24,000 nucleotides of DNA from Candidatus Aramenus sulfurataquae (GCA_000565255.1 ASRH01000005.1:2348-26347); one strand, 5' to 3'; counted from the stretch's first letter, positions 1-9,851 are shown. Program-made: numbers and translations. Notes: generated from the sequence alone by a model not told the origin.

Positions 1-327
1 TAGGGCTACCAGCTTATGCTCCTTTGGCGAGATGCCAGCGTTTCCAGGAGAGTCCAGGGTCTCAGCCCCTTCTATTACGTTGTTTGCGACAAGGATTAGC
101 TTGTAGTCCTTAAGTGGAGGTTCAATTTCTGCTTTTCTTTTCCCTTCCCTTACCTCAAGGGAGAGGGAATCGAAGGCGTTCCAGTTAGTGTAATGCTTAA
201 GCGTTGGGGAGTCGTTGATTACTTGGTAAGGAGACTTTACGTACGTTAAAAAAAGCTCCTCCCTCTCTGCCTCGTGACCAAGCCTTTTGATGTAGTCCTT
301 GGCCGACTCCTCTTTCACTACTCCCAT
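1..327 (-). CDS. sufD: SufD-like Fe-S cluster assembly protein, N-terminal part (gene runs off the window)
   Basis: Minus-strand reading from ATG at 327..325 gives MGVVKEESAKDYIKGLGHEAEREELFLTYVKSPYQVINDSPTLKHYTNWNAF..., open to the window edge; starts directly after the sufB stop codon (TAAATG). Confidence 0.8.
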   Translation of the reverse strand, partial: MGVVKEESAKDYIKRLGHEAEREELFLTYVKSPYQVINDSPTLKHYTNWNAFDSLSLEVREGKRKAEIEPPLKDYKLILVANNVIEGAETLDSPGNAGISPKEHKLVAL

Positions 328-1767
328 TTAAGCTACAGCCCCTAATTTCTCCAACTCAAGCTTAATAATCTTGTTAAGCATTGTGGCGTACTCGAATGGC
401 AACTCCTTCATTATCTCGTCTATGAAGCCTAGCACGAGCATTGAGGTGGCCTCCTTCTCGTTTATTCCCCTGTTCATCAAGTAGAACAGCTGGTCCTCGC
501 TCATCCTGAAGGTGTGGGCCTCGTGGGCCACGTCAGCGTCGTCCTCGAATACTTGGTTGTGCGGGAAGGTGTAGGCCTTGGTCTTCTCGTCAAGCATCAA
601 GGAGTCGCACTTCACATAGGCCTTCGCCCCTGTGGCACCCTTGTTTACCCTAATTAACCCTCTGTAGATGTTGACTCCGCCGTTAAAGCCTATGTTCTTG
701 TTAACTACTTTACTCCTGGTATTTGGGGCTGCGTGGATCATCTTGGAACCGCTGTCCTTCCACTCGCCCTCACCAGAGGCCATGGTCACGACCAAGCTAG
801 TAGAGGTGGCGTTTCTCCCCCTGAGTATAGTCGAGGGGTAAACAAAGGAGTACTTTGAACCGAGCGAGCCCTCTACCCACTCGATATTGGCGTTCTCGTC
901 AGCCCACGCCCTCTTGTTGTTGAAGTTTATAACGTTCTTGCTCCAGTTCTGCACGGTGGTGAACTTTATGTGAGCATCTTTCTTTGCGTAGAGCTCTACC
1001 ATCCCGTCGTGGAAGGAGAACTTCTTAAACTGGGGGGCACTACAACCCTCAATGAAGTGGATGTAAGACCCTTCATCTGCAACTACTAGAGTGTGCTCGA
1101 ACTGGCCTTCCATCTCCGAGCCTATCACGAAGAAGCCCTCAACTGGGGTGGTTATCCTGACACCCCTTGGAACGTAGACGAACACTCCCCCGCTCCACAG
1201 AGCCCCGTGGAGGGCGGCGAACTTGTGGTCCGAAGCAGGGAAGATTTTCATGAAGTACTCCTTGATCACGTCGGGATACTTCTGAACAGCCTCTTCAGGT
1301 GGCATCATTACTACTCCCTTTTTCTTAAGCTCCTCCTTTACGTTGGAGTAAATGGGTTCAGACTCCAGGACAGCTACTAGACCCCCTAAGTACTTCTTCT
1401 CCGACTCTGGGATGCCGAGCTTGTCATAGTACTCCCTTATCTCCTTGGGTATCTCATCCCAGTTGTTGGTCTTCTCTATTCCAGGCTTTACGTAGAGCTC
1501 CAAGCTTGAAACGTCAAGGGAACCGAGGAAGTCCGGCAACCAGTTGGGAGTGGGTAGCTTCTCAAAGAGCTCCAGCGACTTTAACCTTAGCCTGAGCATC
1601 CACTCGGGCTCCTTCTTGAGCTTTGAGATCTCCTCAATCGTGCTTCTGCTTAGGCCCGAGCTTACAATTCTCCTGTGAAATTCCTTCTCGTCAAGTTTCT
1701 CGTACTTTGCATCTATCGAGGCATTAAGAATCTCGTTTATGTCCAACGAAAGCTTTTCTTCTGGCAT
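328..1767 (-). CDS. sufB: Fe-S cluster assembly scaffold protein SufB
   Basis: 479 aa ORF with SufB-typical segments (KYVYPRGV-like VFVYVPRGVRITTPVEGFFVI, GCSAPQF, SFHDGMVELYAKKDAHIKFTTVQNWSKNVINFNNKRA, HEAHTFRMSEDQLFYLMNRGI). Confidence 0.96.
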   Translation of the reverse strand: MPEEKLSLDINEILNASIDAKYEKLDEKEFHRRIVSSGLSRSTIEEISKLKKEPEWMLRLRLKSLELFEKLPTPNWLPDFLGSLDVSSLELYVKPGIEKTNNWDEIPKEIREYYDKLGIPESEKKYLGGLVAVLESEPIYSNVKEELKKKGVVMMPPEEAVQKYPDVIKEYFMKIFPASDHKFAALHGALWSGGVFVYVPRGVRITTPVEGFFVIGSEMEGQFEHTLVVADEGSYIHFIEGCSAPQFKKFSFHDGMVELYAKKDAHIKFTTVQNWSKNVINFNNKRAWADENANIEWVEGSLGSKYSFVYPSTILRGRNATSTSLVVTMASGEGEWKDSGSKMIHAAPNTRSKVVNKNIGFNGGVNIYRGLIRVNKGATGAKAYVKCDSLMLDEKTKAYTFPHNQVFEDDADVAHEAHTFRMSEDQLFYLMNRGINEKEATSMLVLGFIDEIMKELPFEYATMLNKIIKLELEKLGAVA

Positions 1768-1818
1768 TTTGATCTTCCACCTTTAACTATGTTAAAGAAA
1801 AAATATAAACCTATGCTT

Positions 1819-2559
1819 TTAGTTCTTGATTACGCTCTCATATCCCTTCTCGTCTATGAGCCTAGCAAGGCTCATGTCCCCGGAGGAGACGATCTTTCCC
1901 TTGTAAAGCACGTGAACTTTGTCAGCGTTGAGGTAGTCCAAGATCCTCCTATAGTGAGTTATTATCAAGTACCCAGTGTTTATCTCTTTCTTAAGCTTGT
2001 TAACTATTTCTGAGATTACTCTAAGCCCATCAACGTCTACGCCCGAATCAGGCTCGTCCAAGATGGCGAACTTAGGCCTTAGGATGAGCATCTGGAGTAT
2101 TTCAGTTCTTTTCTTTTCGCCCCCGCTGAACCCCTCAAAGACGCCCCTGTTAAGTAAGGTCTCTGATACCCCAACAGTTTTTGCGTACTCCCTAATGGTC
2201 TGGAACATCTGCATTACGGAGTCGCTAGAACCCCTTACTCTGTTTAGCTCTGCTACCAAGAGGGTAGAGAGCTTTACGCCAGAGATCTCCACAGGATTCT
2301 GGAAAGCCAAGAAAAGCCCCCGCTTTACCTTCTCGTCAGTCTCCAAGTTAGTTATGTCCTCTCCGTCCAGCGTTATCCTACCCTTTGTTATCTTGTACTT
2401 GGGGTGCCCCATTATGGCCAAGGACAAGCTAGTCTTCCCAGAGCCGTTGGGGCCCATCAACGCATGTATTTCTCCGCTCTTCACCTCAAGGCTGATACCC
2501 TTAATCACTTCCTTGCCTTCTACCTCTACGTGAAGGTCTTGGATCTTAAGTACTGACAT
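1819..2559 (-). CDS. sufC: Fe-S cluster assembly ATPase SufC
   Basis: 246 aa ABC ATPase: Walker A GPNGSGKTS, signature FSGGEKKRTEILQM, Walker B FAILDEPDSGVDVDG; adjacent to sufB/sufD. SD-like GGTG upstream of ATG. Confidence 0.96.
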   Translation of the reverse strand: MSVLKIQDLHVEVEGKEVIKGISLEVKSGEIHALMGPNGSGKTSLSLAIMGHPKYKITKGRITLDGEDITNLETDEKVKRGLFLAFQNPVEISGVKLSTLLVAELNRVRGSSDSVMQMFQTIREYAKTVGVSETLLNRGVFEGFSGGEKKRTEILQMLILRPKFAILDEPDSGVDVDGLRVISEIVNKLKKEINTGYLIITHYRRILDYLNADKVHVLYKGKIVSSGDMSLARLIDEKGYESVIKN

Positions 2560-2581
2560 TTGATTTCACCACCATTTTACC

Positions 2582-3571
2582 TCATGGAGTTAAGTTTCTT
2601 TCTATCCACGGCATGTCCTCGAGGAACAAGGTACACGAAGAGTTGTCTAGGGCAGACTCCAGAGAGCTGACTAGGTCTTCCATGTAGTTGATGAGCAGCT
2701 GGTGCTTCTTCTGGTCTACAGAGCTCATGTTGGCCCTCACCTGTTTTATTATGGAGAGGCCGTTTGCGACCCTCTTTATGCTCGGGAAAAGCACTGTCAT
2801 GACCACCTCGTCCAATAGGTCGTTTATCCTCTGCAGCGACTCCTTGATTACTCCCTTTTCCACCTCTCCAAGCTCCTCTGACTTGACTACATTGTATATT
2901 TTGCTCATTAGGTTCCCGGTGTTGAGGAGAAGGATGGCATTCATGACTATGAAGAAGTTCTTTGTCATGTTCCTTGCAGTGTCGTACCTTATGCTCACTA
3001 TACGCCTCAATAACATGTAGTAAATCCTCCTTAGGTCGTCGCTGTTTGCAGGCTCTCTTGGACTTTCGCCGTTCAGGTAGGCGACTATCTCGTCCACTTT
3101 CTTCGATATAACGTTAAGCATTCTCCTCAGCAAAGACTCCAAGCCTATCTTCTCGGAGTCAAGCAGGCATTCTACCTTTATCCTGCCCTCAGATACTTCT
3201 GTTACCTCTGAACCGACCATCTGCTTTGTAACGTTTACTATTTCTTCCACGTCCTTCTGTACCAAAGGCTTTTTGGACTCGAATACGATCTCATCGTAAC
3301 CAAGGGAGTAAAGGCAAGGTATGATACCGGGCATGGGCTGTTTTAAGGAGTCTATGTCGATCTTTATTGACCTCTTGTTGGCCACGGTCTTGACCTTTTC
3401 CGCCAAGAGTTTTAACGACCCGTCTTCCGATACCTCAATGAGGATCTTGTCGCCAGGCTTGATGTTCCAACGGTTTATCCACTTCTTGGGTAAGGTGATA
3501 AACAGGGAGGATGAACCCAACTTTTGGACTTTCCTAGTCTCAATGTCCTTGGAGTTGTTTACTTCCTCCAA
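2582..3571 (-). CDS. AbrB-type DNA-binding domain plus PhoU-like domain protein (putative phosphate-related regulator)
   Basis: 329 aa; N-terminus RKVQKLGSSSLFITLPKKWINRWNIKPGDKILIEVSEDG is AbrB/SpoVT-like, followed by helical PhoU-like repeats. Apparent start codon is TTG. Confidence 0.8.
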   Translation of the reverse strand: MEEVNNSKDIETRKVQKLGSSSLFITLPKKWINRWNIKPGDKILIEVSEDGSLKLLAEKVKTVANKRSIKIDIDSLKQPMPGIIPCLYSLGYDEIVFESKKPLVQKDVEEIVNVTKQMVGSEVTEVSEGRIKVECLLDSEKIGLESLLRRMLNVISKKVDEIVAYLNGESPREPANSDDLRRIYYMLLRRIVSIRYDTARNMTKNFFIVMNAILLLNTGNLMSKIYNVVKSEELGEVEKGVIKESLQRINDLLDEVVMTVLFPSIKRVANGLSIIKQVRANMSSVDQKKHQLLINYMEDLVSSLESALDNSSCTLFLEDMPWIERNLTP

Positions 3572-3654
3572 TTTGAGTTCACAATATGTTCTATGTTAAA
3601 CGCCGTTTATAAATATGTTGCAAATCGTATATAACTGGTTATGAAAGCTTCTTT

Positions 3655-4008
3655 TTAAGATTCAGCCTTCTTTATGATAATCCTTATGAAACTTTTATTA
3701 TTTTCTACCTTTATGTCATACTTATCATATTTTTCTGGAATAGGTAGCCTCAAGGAGTACTTCCTCCCTTTCTTGTCCTGGCAGGAAAAGAGGAGACTTC
3801 TGGACTCCGCCTTTACGTAAACGGTGGAGTAGTCCACGAAGGGTACGTCAACTATGTAGTATATGGCTTCCCCTTGCTCATAAACCGTGTAAAGGGGAGT
3901 CAAGCCTTCTACGGTTCTTTGCATCTCCTCGAAGAACTTATTCATCTCCTCCTCCTGTTCTCGCATTAGCCTCTTAAATAGCTCGTAAAGGTCCCACGTG
4001 GCAGGCAT
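3655..4008 (-). CDS. Small Hsp20/alpha-crystallin-like protein (divergent)
   Basis: 117 aa; N-terminal EEEMNKFFEEMQRTVEG followed by an alpha-crystallin-like beta pattern (YYIVDVPFVDYSTVYVKAESRSLLFSCQDKKGRKYSLRLPIPEKYDKYDIKVENNKSFIRIIIKK). Confidence 0.6.
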   Translation of the reverse strand: MPATWDLYELFKRLMREQEEEMNKFFEEMQRTVEGLTPLYTVYEQGEAIYYIVDVPFVDYSTVYVKAESRSLLFSCQDKKGRKYSLRLPIPEKYDKYDIKVENNKSFIRIIIKKAES

Positions 4009-4014
4009 CTTAGG

Positions 4015-4767
4015 TCACGTGTAGGTCATTGGCTTCCCTAGGGTATACGAGGGGAGCTCTTTCTTTGTCTGTTCCATGAGGCCCTTTATCCTCTCCCTTA
4101 TCTCCTCAGCCTGCTGTAGGAGGGAGCTCACGTCTACTTTGAAGCCTATGTACTTGGAAAGGATTTCCAGGGCTACAGCTGACGCCTCTGGGTCTGGGAG
4201 GTCAAGGAAAGACTCTACTGCTATGACGAAGTTGTCTAAGCCTGCCCTCCATGACTCCATGAGAATTGGAGCATAAGGCCCAGCTATGTAGCCATCCCCG
4301 AACTTCTCCATTAGCCCAGTCTTCTCTAGTTCTACCGAAAGTTGGGCGTTGTTGGAAATCCAGTAAGCTTTTGGCTTGTCAATCTCTAGCCTGTTCTGTA
4401 CGGGAAGGCCGGTGATCGAGATTATCTTGCTAACGTCGTACTTTTTCGAGTACTCGACGACTAGCTTCGCCAAAGGATAAATGGCGTTCGAGGGAAGGGC
4501 AGTCCATGCGTGGAATACTATTATGCCTGGCGACTGGGAGTAGTAAAGCCTTAATGGCGACTTTGCAATCCCGTCGGTAACGTGCATTATTGGGGGAATG
4601 TATTTTGTCGAGTACACCTCCCCGAACTCCTTAAGGCCGTAGTTCTCTATCAAGAACTCCGTAGTTATTGATCCAACCAGTCCTGCATCAGGAAGGCCCA
4701 CTATCAAGTAAGTGGGCTTTGAAATAGCCGGTGTAGCGTGCTCTATTACCTCAAATTCTGGGGTCAT
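4015..4767 (-). CDS. PAC2 family protein (proteasome assembly chaperone-like)
   Basis: PAC2 pattern: TYLIVGLPDAGLVGSITTEFLIENYGLKEFGEVYSTKYIPPIMHV...SRYGADKI-like region...ISITGLP...GPYAPILMESWRAGLDNFVIAVES. Start taken as ATG 4767; the track start at 4770 is a TTG one codon upstream. Confidence 0.85.
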   Translation of the reverse strand: MTPEFEVIEHATPAISKPTYLIVGLPDAGLVGSITTEFLIENYGLKEFGEVYSTKYIPPIMHVTDGIAKSPLRLYYSQSPGIIVFHAWTALPSNAIYPLAKLVVEYSKKYDVSKIISITGLPVQNRLEIDKPKAYWISNNAQLSVELEKTGLMEKFGDGYIAGPYAPILMESWRAGLDNFVIAVESFLDLPDPEASAVALEILSKYIGFKVDVSSLLQQAEEIRERIKGLMEQTKKELPSYTLGKPMTYT

Positions 4768-5165
4768 CAATCTCCCCTTATCTTCTCACTATACTTTTCT
4801 GTAGTTAATAATTTTTCTACCTCGGCCTTGTTTGTTATCTTTAGCTTAAATATCCAGCCAGCTCCGTATGGATCCTTATTTATTAACTCCGGTTCGCTTA
4901 GGAGGTCTTCGTTTGCCTCCACTACGGTTCCGCTGAGCGGGGAGTAAATATCCGCTGCTGCCTTTACCGACTCCACAACTGCTACACTCTCCCCCATTTT
5001 CACCTCTCTTCCTATTTGTGGCAGTTCCACCCCAACTATGTCTCTGAGCTTTTTCTGGGCATAGTCAGTTATCCCCACAGTGGCTATCTCGCCTTCTATC
5101 TTTACCCACTCGTCGCTCTCGGTATAATACCTATCCTCCAATACCTCGTACTTCCCTACCTTCAT
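4767..5165 (-). CDS. gcvH: Glycine cleavage system H protein
   Basis: 132 aa with the lipoyl-lysine context [26 protein letters not shown] and [12 protein letters not shown]; next to gcvT. Confidence 0.95.
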   Translation of the reverse strand: MKVGKYEVLEDRYYTESDEWVKIEGEIATVGITDYAQKKLRDIVGVELPQIGREVKMGESVAVVESVKAAADIYSPLSGTVVEANEDLLSEPELINKDPYGAGWIFKLKITNKAEVEKLLTTEKYSEKIRGD

Positions 5166-6211
5166 TGCACCTTCACCAGTGGAAAGTCTGTTAACTTTAC
5201 CGAATATTTTTTACCCCTTACTTCAACATCGACGCTGTAACCTAGGACGAAGTTCCTCGAGTTCACGTAGCCCATGCCTATAACCCTTGAAAGATAAGGA
5301 GAATAGGTGGAACTAGTGACGTAACCTACTTCCTTGCCCAGAAGCTTCAGCTTGTTACCGTTCCTTGGTAACGACCTCTCTCCCTTGCCCATCTTAAATC
5401 CCACCCTCAACCTCTCGACGCCGTTGGCTAAGTACTCCTCTACTTTTCCCTTTCCTATAAAGTCCTTCTCCAACGAGAAAACCCAGTACCTAGCCTCAAC
5501 GGGGTTTACGCTTTCGTCGATGTCCTCCTCATAGAGGACGAAGCCCATCTCTTGCCTTAAGCTGTCCCTAGTGATAAGCCCTGCGGGAGTCACCCCAATA
5601 CTAATGAGTTTTTCCACGAGTCTCTTCCCTGTCTCGACGTCAGCCCAAACCTCTATCCCATCTTCCCCAGTCCACCCAGACCTGCTGAGCAGGAAGACCT
5701 TCTCTCCCATGAACTCGGCGTTGAGCTTGAAATGCAGCGGCTCTAGGTCGACCCTAGGCAAGTAGTTCCACACCTTCCTCCCTTGTATAGCGAGCATGAC
5801 GTACTTAAAGGTCAAGTCCTCTACTTCCAGCGAGGAGTTTTTTCTGATCCACTGGGTATCCTTCTCCCTGTTTACCGCGTTTGTAACTACTAGGAACTCG
5901 TCGTCAGATAGCTTGTAAACCATTACGTCGTCCACGAAACCCCCTCTGTCGTTAAGGAAGGCCGTGGGACCTATCATGACGTTGTTCTCCTTCCTTGAGA
6001 CCGTCTTGGCCACTAGGGCCTCCACTTCCGAGGTCTTCCCCTTGAGCCTTAGTCTGCCCATGTGGGAGAGGTCGAAAAATGCTGCCTCTTGCCTAACTGC
6101 CATGTGCTCCTTCTGGTACGAGGAGTACTCCATCGGCATTCTCCAACCAGCGAACTCCCCAAAACTTGCCCCCGCCTTTTCCTCCACGTCATAAAGGGGT
6201 GTACTTAACAT
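5162..6211 (-). CDS. gcvT: Glycine cleavage system T protein (aminomethyltransferase)
   Basis: 349 aa; [39 protein letters not shown] and C-terminal [14 protein letters not shown]-like region; overlaps gcvH start by 4 nt. Confidence 0.95.
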   Translation of the reverse strand: MLSTPLYDVEEKAGASFGEFAGWRMPMEYSSYQKEHMAVRQEAAFFDLSHMGRLRLKGKTSEVEALVAKTVSRKENNVMIGPTAFLNDRGGFVDDVMVYKLSDDEFLVVTNAVNREKDTQWIRKNSSLEVEDLTFKYVMLAIQGRKVWNYLPRVDLEPLHFKLNAEFMGEKVFLLSRSGWTGEDGIEVWADVETGKRLVEKLISIGVTPAGLITRDSLRQEMGFVLYEEDIDESVNPVEARYWVFSLEKDFIGKGKVEEYLANGVERLRVGFKMGKGERSLPRNGNKLKLLGKEVGYVTSSTYSPYLSRVIGMGYVNSRNFVLGYSVDVEVRGKKYSVKLTDFPLVKVQ

Positions 6212-6247
6212 TATTACCTATTAGATACATCTCATCAAGATATTTAT

Positions 6248-7609
6248 ATGGAAATGCATCCCTGGCTTCCGAACTTAGGCGACTTGAGGGAGATGTTGAA
6301 GGAAATAGGGGTAAAGGACGTTGAGGAACTCTTCAGTGACATTCCAAAGGAGATCGTCCTTAAGAGGGAACTAAACGTAGGTTACGGCAGACCGCTATCG
6401 GAGTACGAAATCGCCAGGAGGCTTGAGGAACTGAGCGAGATGAACGCTAAATTACTTTACCCTCCCTTTCTCGGGGGCGGGGTTTGCCCCCACTACGTGC
6501 CCTATGCAGTGAAGATGATTATCTCTAGGTCAGAGTTCTACACCGCTTACACCCCCTATCAGCCAGAGGCAAACCAAGGGCTTCTGCAGGCCCTTTTCGA
6601 GTACCAGAGCTACATGGCCGAGCTACTGCAGATGGAGGTGGTGAACTCCTCCCTCTACGACTGGGGAGGGGCTTTAGCGGAGGCGATATTGATGGTCAAC
6701 AGGATAAACGGAAAAAAGAAGGTCATCGTACCAACCAACGCTAACCCAAACCACCTAAAGGTGGCTGAGACGTGGGTGAAAGGAAAGGGAATAGAGCTGG
6801 TAAAAGTGAAGTACAACGAAGAGGGAAAGATCGACGTTGAAGACTTAGAGAAAAAGCTCACAGACGACATAGGGGCTGTGTACCTGCAGACGCCCAACTT
6901 CTTTGGAGTCTTCGAAACCGAAGTAGAAGGCGTGGTGGAGCTTGCGAGGAAAAAGGGGGCCTTAACTATAATGGGCGTTAACCCCTTGGCTCTAGCCCTC
7001 ATAAAGCCCCCTGGGGAGTACAACGTTGATATAGCTATTGGAGATGCGCAGGAGCTGGGCATACCATTAAGCATGGGCGGCCCCTCTCTTGGCGTCTTTG
7101 CTACTAGGTGGGACGCAAAGTTAGTGAGGCAGATGCCAGGAAGAATAGTGGGGCTGACTAAAGACTCCTTTGGAAAAGAGGGGTTTACGTTAATCCTCCA
7201 GACAAGGGAACAGTTTGCGAGAAGGGAAAAGGCCACTTCGAACATAACCACAAACGAGGCCCTAATGGCCATAGCAGTCGCGGTCTACCTCTCCTTGTTG
7301 GGAAGGAACGGCTTAAAGGAACTTGCGGAGGAGGTCTACTTGAGGAGTCACTACGCTACTAAGTTAGTAGAAAGCAGAGGCATAGGAAAGAGGAAGTTCC
7401 TCGGGGACTTCTTTGAGGAAGTGACACTAACTTTCCCAGTCGAGTACCAAAGGATTCACGAGAAGTTGCTCAAAGCTGGTCTACACGGAGGGCTTGGGAT
7501 AGACGACTACTCCGCAGTCTTCTGCTTCACAGAAGTGCACCCCAAGAAGGCAATAGATTTGCTAGTAGAAAAGGTGGAGGAGGTGGTCAAGAATGTGGAG
7601 GCAAGCTAA
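6248..7609 (+). CDS. gcvPA: Glycine dehydrogenase (decarboxylating) subunit 1
   Basis: 453 aa; MHPWLPNLGDLREMLKEIGVKDVEELFSDIP, YTPYQPEANQGLLQALFEYQS. The true start may be the second ATG at 6254 (MHPWLPN). Confidence 0.95.
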   Translation: MEMHPWLPNLGDLREMLKEIGVKDVEELFSDIPKEIVLKRELNVGYGRPLSEYEIARRLEELSEMNAKLLYPPFLGGGVCPHYVPYAVKMIISRSEFYTAYTPYQPEANQGLLQALFEYQSYMAELLQMEVVNSSLYDWGGALAEAILMVNRINGKKKVIVPTNANPNHLKVAETWVKGKGIELVKVKYNEEGKIDVEDLEKKLTDDIGAVYLQTPNFFGVFETEVEGVVELARKKGALTIMGVNPLALALIKPPGEYNVDIAIGDAQELGIPLSMGGPSLGVFATRWDAKLVRQMPGRIVGLTKDSFGKEGFTLILQTREQFARREKATSNITTNEALMAIAVAVYLSLLGRNGLKELAEEVYLRSHYATKLVESRGIGKRKFLGDFFEEVTLTFPVEYQRIHEKLLKAGLHGGLGIDDYSAVFCFTEVHPKKAIDLLVEKVEEVVKNVEAS

Positions 7610-9104
7610 GTGGGACGAGCCATTAATTTTTGAATACAAAGAAAAGGGAAGAAGAGGGATGCTGATACCTAGGGAAGACGAGATAAGGAAAGCGGTAAGC
7701 GTTAACATCCCTGACAAGATAAGGAGGGAAAGGGAGGCAGAGTTACCGGAGTTAAGCGAACTGGAAGTGATAAGGCACTACATAAGGCTATCTCAGATGA
7801 GCTTTGGAGTAGACACAGGGATGATGCCTCTCGGCTCATGTACTATGAAGTACAACCCGAAGGTGGAGGAGCTGTCCCAGTCACTGGTTGAGAACCTCCA
7901 CCCTCTCCAAGACATCAGTACTGTCCAGGGAGCGCTAGAGATGCTTTACGAGATGCAGGAGTGGATAGCTGAGATCACGGGGATGGACAAGTGTAGTTTT
8001 CAAGTACCTGCCGGCTCCGCGGGAGAACTAGCAGGGGTCCTAATGATCAAGAAGTACCACGAGGAAAAAGGAAGGAGAAGGGACGAGATGCTCGTGGCTG
8101 ACACCGCCCACGGAACAAACCCTGCTAGTGCGGCCATGGCAGGTTTCAAGGTGGTTTACATAAAGTCCAACAACAGGGGGCTTGTGGACCTAGACATCCT
8201 CAAGGAGGTAGTAAACGAAAACGTCGCAGGATTCATGCTCACTAACCCAAATACTCTAGGCCTCTTTGAGGAGGAGATCCTGGAAATATCGAAGGTAATC
8301 CACAGCGTAGACGGAGTGCTCTACTACGACGGGGCAAACCTAAACGGAATACTTGGGGTTGCAAGGCCAGGCGATATGGGATTTGACGTAGTACACGTCA
8401 ACCTACACAAGACGTTTGCAGTACCCCACGGTGGAGGTGGGCCTGGCGCTGGAGCGATCTGCGCAAAGGGCGAGATGGCAGAATACCTGCCTTACCCCAT
8501 TGTGGAAAAGTCCAGCAAGGGCTACTCTCTCTATTACCCAAAGGAGTCCATAGGAAAGATCTCAACGTTCTTCGGTAACGTGGGCAACGTAGCTAGAGCT
8601 TATACGTATATACTGGGCTTAGGACCTCAAGGAGTTTCTGCTGTAGGCAAAATGAGCACAGTGGCTACCAATTACTTAATATCTAAGCTAAGGGGAATTA
8701 GGGGACTGGAGCTACCTTTCCCCGGCAAGTACAGAAAGCACGAAGTAGTGTTCAGTGCCAAGCCACTGATGAACGACACGGGGGTCACCGCGTTCGACGT
8801 CGCAAAGGCGCTCTTGGACAGAGGATTCTACGCCCCTACTATATACTTTCCACCTATAGTAGACGAGGCCTTAATGATAGAGCCAACTGAGACCGAGACT
8901 AGGGAGACTTTAGACAAGTTCGCAAACGCCCTAAAGGAAATCTTAGCAGAGGCTTACTCTGACCCAAAGAAAATCTCGAGTACCCCGCTCAATACCTCTG
9001 TGGGAAGACTAGACCAAGTTACGGCTAACCATCCAACCACGGTAACTCCAACCTACCTCGTGAAAAAATTAAGGGAGGAAAACAAAATAGGAGCTCTCAG
9101 ATAA
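7593..9104 (+). CDS. gcvPB: Glycine dehydrogenase (decarboxylating) subunit 2
   Basis: 503 aa; WRQAKWDEPLIFE, MPLGSCTMKYNPK, NPASAAMAGFKV, PLP-lysine context VHVNLHKTFAVPHGGGGPGAG; overlaps gcvPA by 17 nt. Confidence 0.96.
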   Translation: MWRQAKWDEPLIFEYKEKGRRGMLIPREDEIRKAVSVNIPDKIRREREAELPELSELEVIRHYIRLSQMSFGVDTGMMPLGSCTMKYNPKVEELSQSLVENLHPLQDISTVQGALEMLYEMQEWIAEITGMDKCSFQVPAGSAGELAGVLMIKKYHEEKGRRRDEMLVADTAHGTNPASAAMAGFKVVYIKSNNRGLVDLDILKEVVNENVAGFMLTNPNTLGLFEEEILEISKVIHSVDGVLYYDGANLNGILGVARPGDMGFDVVHVNLHKTFAVPHGGGGPGAGAICAKGEMAEYLPYPIVEKSSKGYSLYYPKESIGKISTFFGNVGNVARAYTYILGLGPQGVSAVGKMSTVATNYLISKLRGIRGLELPFPGKYRKHEVVFSAKPLMNDTGVTAFDVAKALLDRGFYAPTIYFPPIVDEALMIEPTETETRETLDKFANALKEILAEAYSDPKKISSTPLNTSVGRLDQVTANHPTTVTPTYLVKKLREENKIGALR

Positions 9105-9537
9105 TCGAGTTGAGCAATACCGATATATAGCCTAAGTAAGGGATAGAGAAGATGATTCCGTGGTACTCGTCTACTTTACCCAACACCAAGTTTGAGGGAA
9201 TTCCATATGGTGGCTCTAGGCCTATTTGGTTATCTGGCTTTGGATTCGATATCTTATCTACTCCTTGCGTAACGTAGTACTTTTCTCCGTCATAGTAGTT
9301 TACGCTAACGACTCTGTGTATAACATAAGCTCCTACGGTAGGGGATTTGTAGATGATTATATCCCCAATGGAGACGTTATGAGTCGACGTGTAGAAAGTT
9401 AAGGCCCCGTTCTGGAACGCTGGGTACATGGATACTCCTTCTACGCTTGCGGAGCTGATGACATTGGAGAAGTAGAGGACGTAAATGAGTACTATAAACC
9501 CAACGATGAGGACGTCACTCTTCTTCATCCAAATCAC
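9097..9537 (-). CDS. Signal peptidase I, archaeal/SipW-like
   Basis: 146 aa; N-terminal TM, SVEGVSMYPAFQNGALTF (Ser nucleophile box), IYKSPTVGAYVIHRVVSV, YYVTQGVDKISNPKPD. Track start 9537 is GTG; ATG at 9528 is an alternative. Confidence 0.88.
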   Translation of the reverse strand: MIWMKKSDVLIVGFIVLIYVLYFSNVISSASVEGVSMYPAFQNGALTFYTSTHNVSIGDIIIYKSPTVGAYVIHRVVSVNYYDGEKYYVTQGVDKISNPKPDNQIGLEPPYGIPSNLVLGKVDEYHGIIFSIPYLGYISVLLNSII

Positions 9538-9835
9538 TTATGTCCAATTCTATTATCTCTCCCCTGTCCTCTTCCTTCTTCCCCTTTTCCTCTCCGAATT
9601 TCTTCACGCCTTTCTTCCCCTCAATCTCTACTGAGTCCCCTCCTGCCTTGATTTTAGACACTACTGCCCTCCACCGATGACCGCAGTTTGGACAGACGTA
9701 TGAGCCCATTACGGTTATGGTTATCCTCCCATAGGCATCTGGCAAAGGAGAAACTAAGTTCCACGTCTTTACTGGCTTATCCACCACAGTTCCACAATTT
9801 GGGCAAACATTGGAGTCCTTCTGTTTCTTAGGCAT
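9515..9835 (-). CDS. Small zinc-ribbon protein with acidic C-terminus
   Basis: 106 aa; paired CPNCGT / CPNCGH motifs, charged tail ELDISDLDEEE. Confidence 0.75.
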   Translation of the reverse strand: MPKKQKDSNVCPNCGTVVDKPVKTWNLVSPLPDAYGRITITVMGSYVCPNCGHRWRAVVSKIKAGGDSVEIEGKKGVKKFGEEKGKKEEDRGEIIELDISDLDEEE

Positions 9836-9851
9836 GTGAAAAACCTTTGTT

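Noticed and set aside
1093-3599. Plus-strand ORFs of 92-185 aa at 1093-1380, 1675-2013, 1976-2533, 2688-3020 and 3321-3599.
   Set aside because: All lie antisense to confidently identified sufB, sufC and AbrB/PhoU-like genes; compositions look like reverse-complement artefacts and no family resemblance is visible.
6655-7272. 205 aa minus-strand ORF antisense to gcvPA.
   Set aside because: Fully inside gcvPA on the opposite strand; low-complexity Ser/Phe/Pro composition typical of shadow ORFs.
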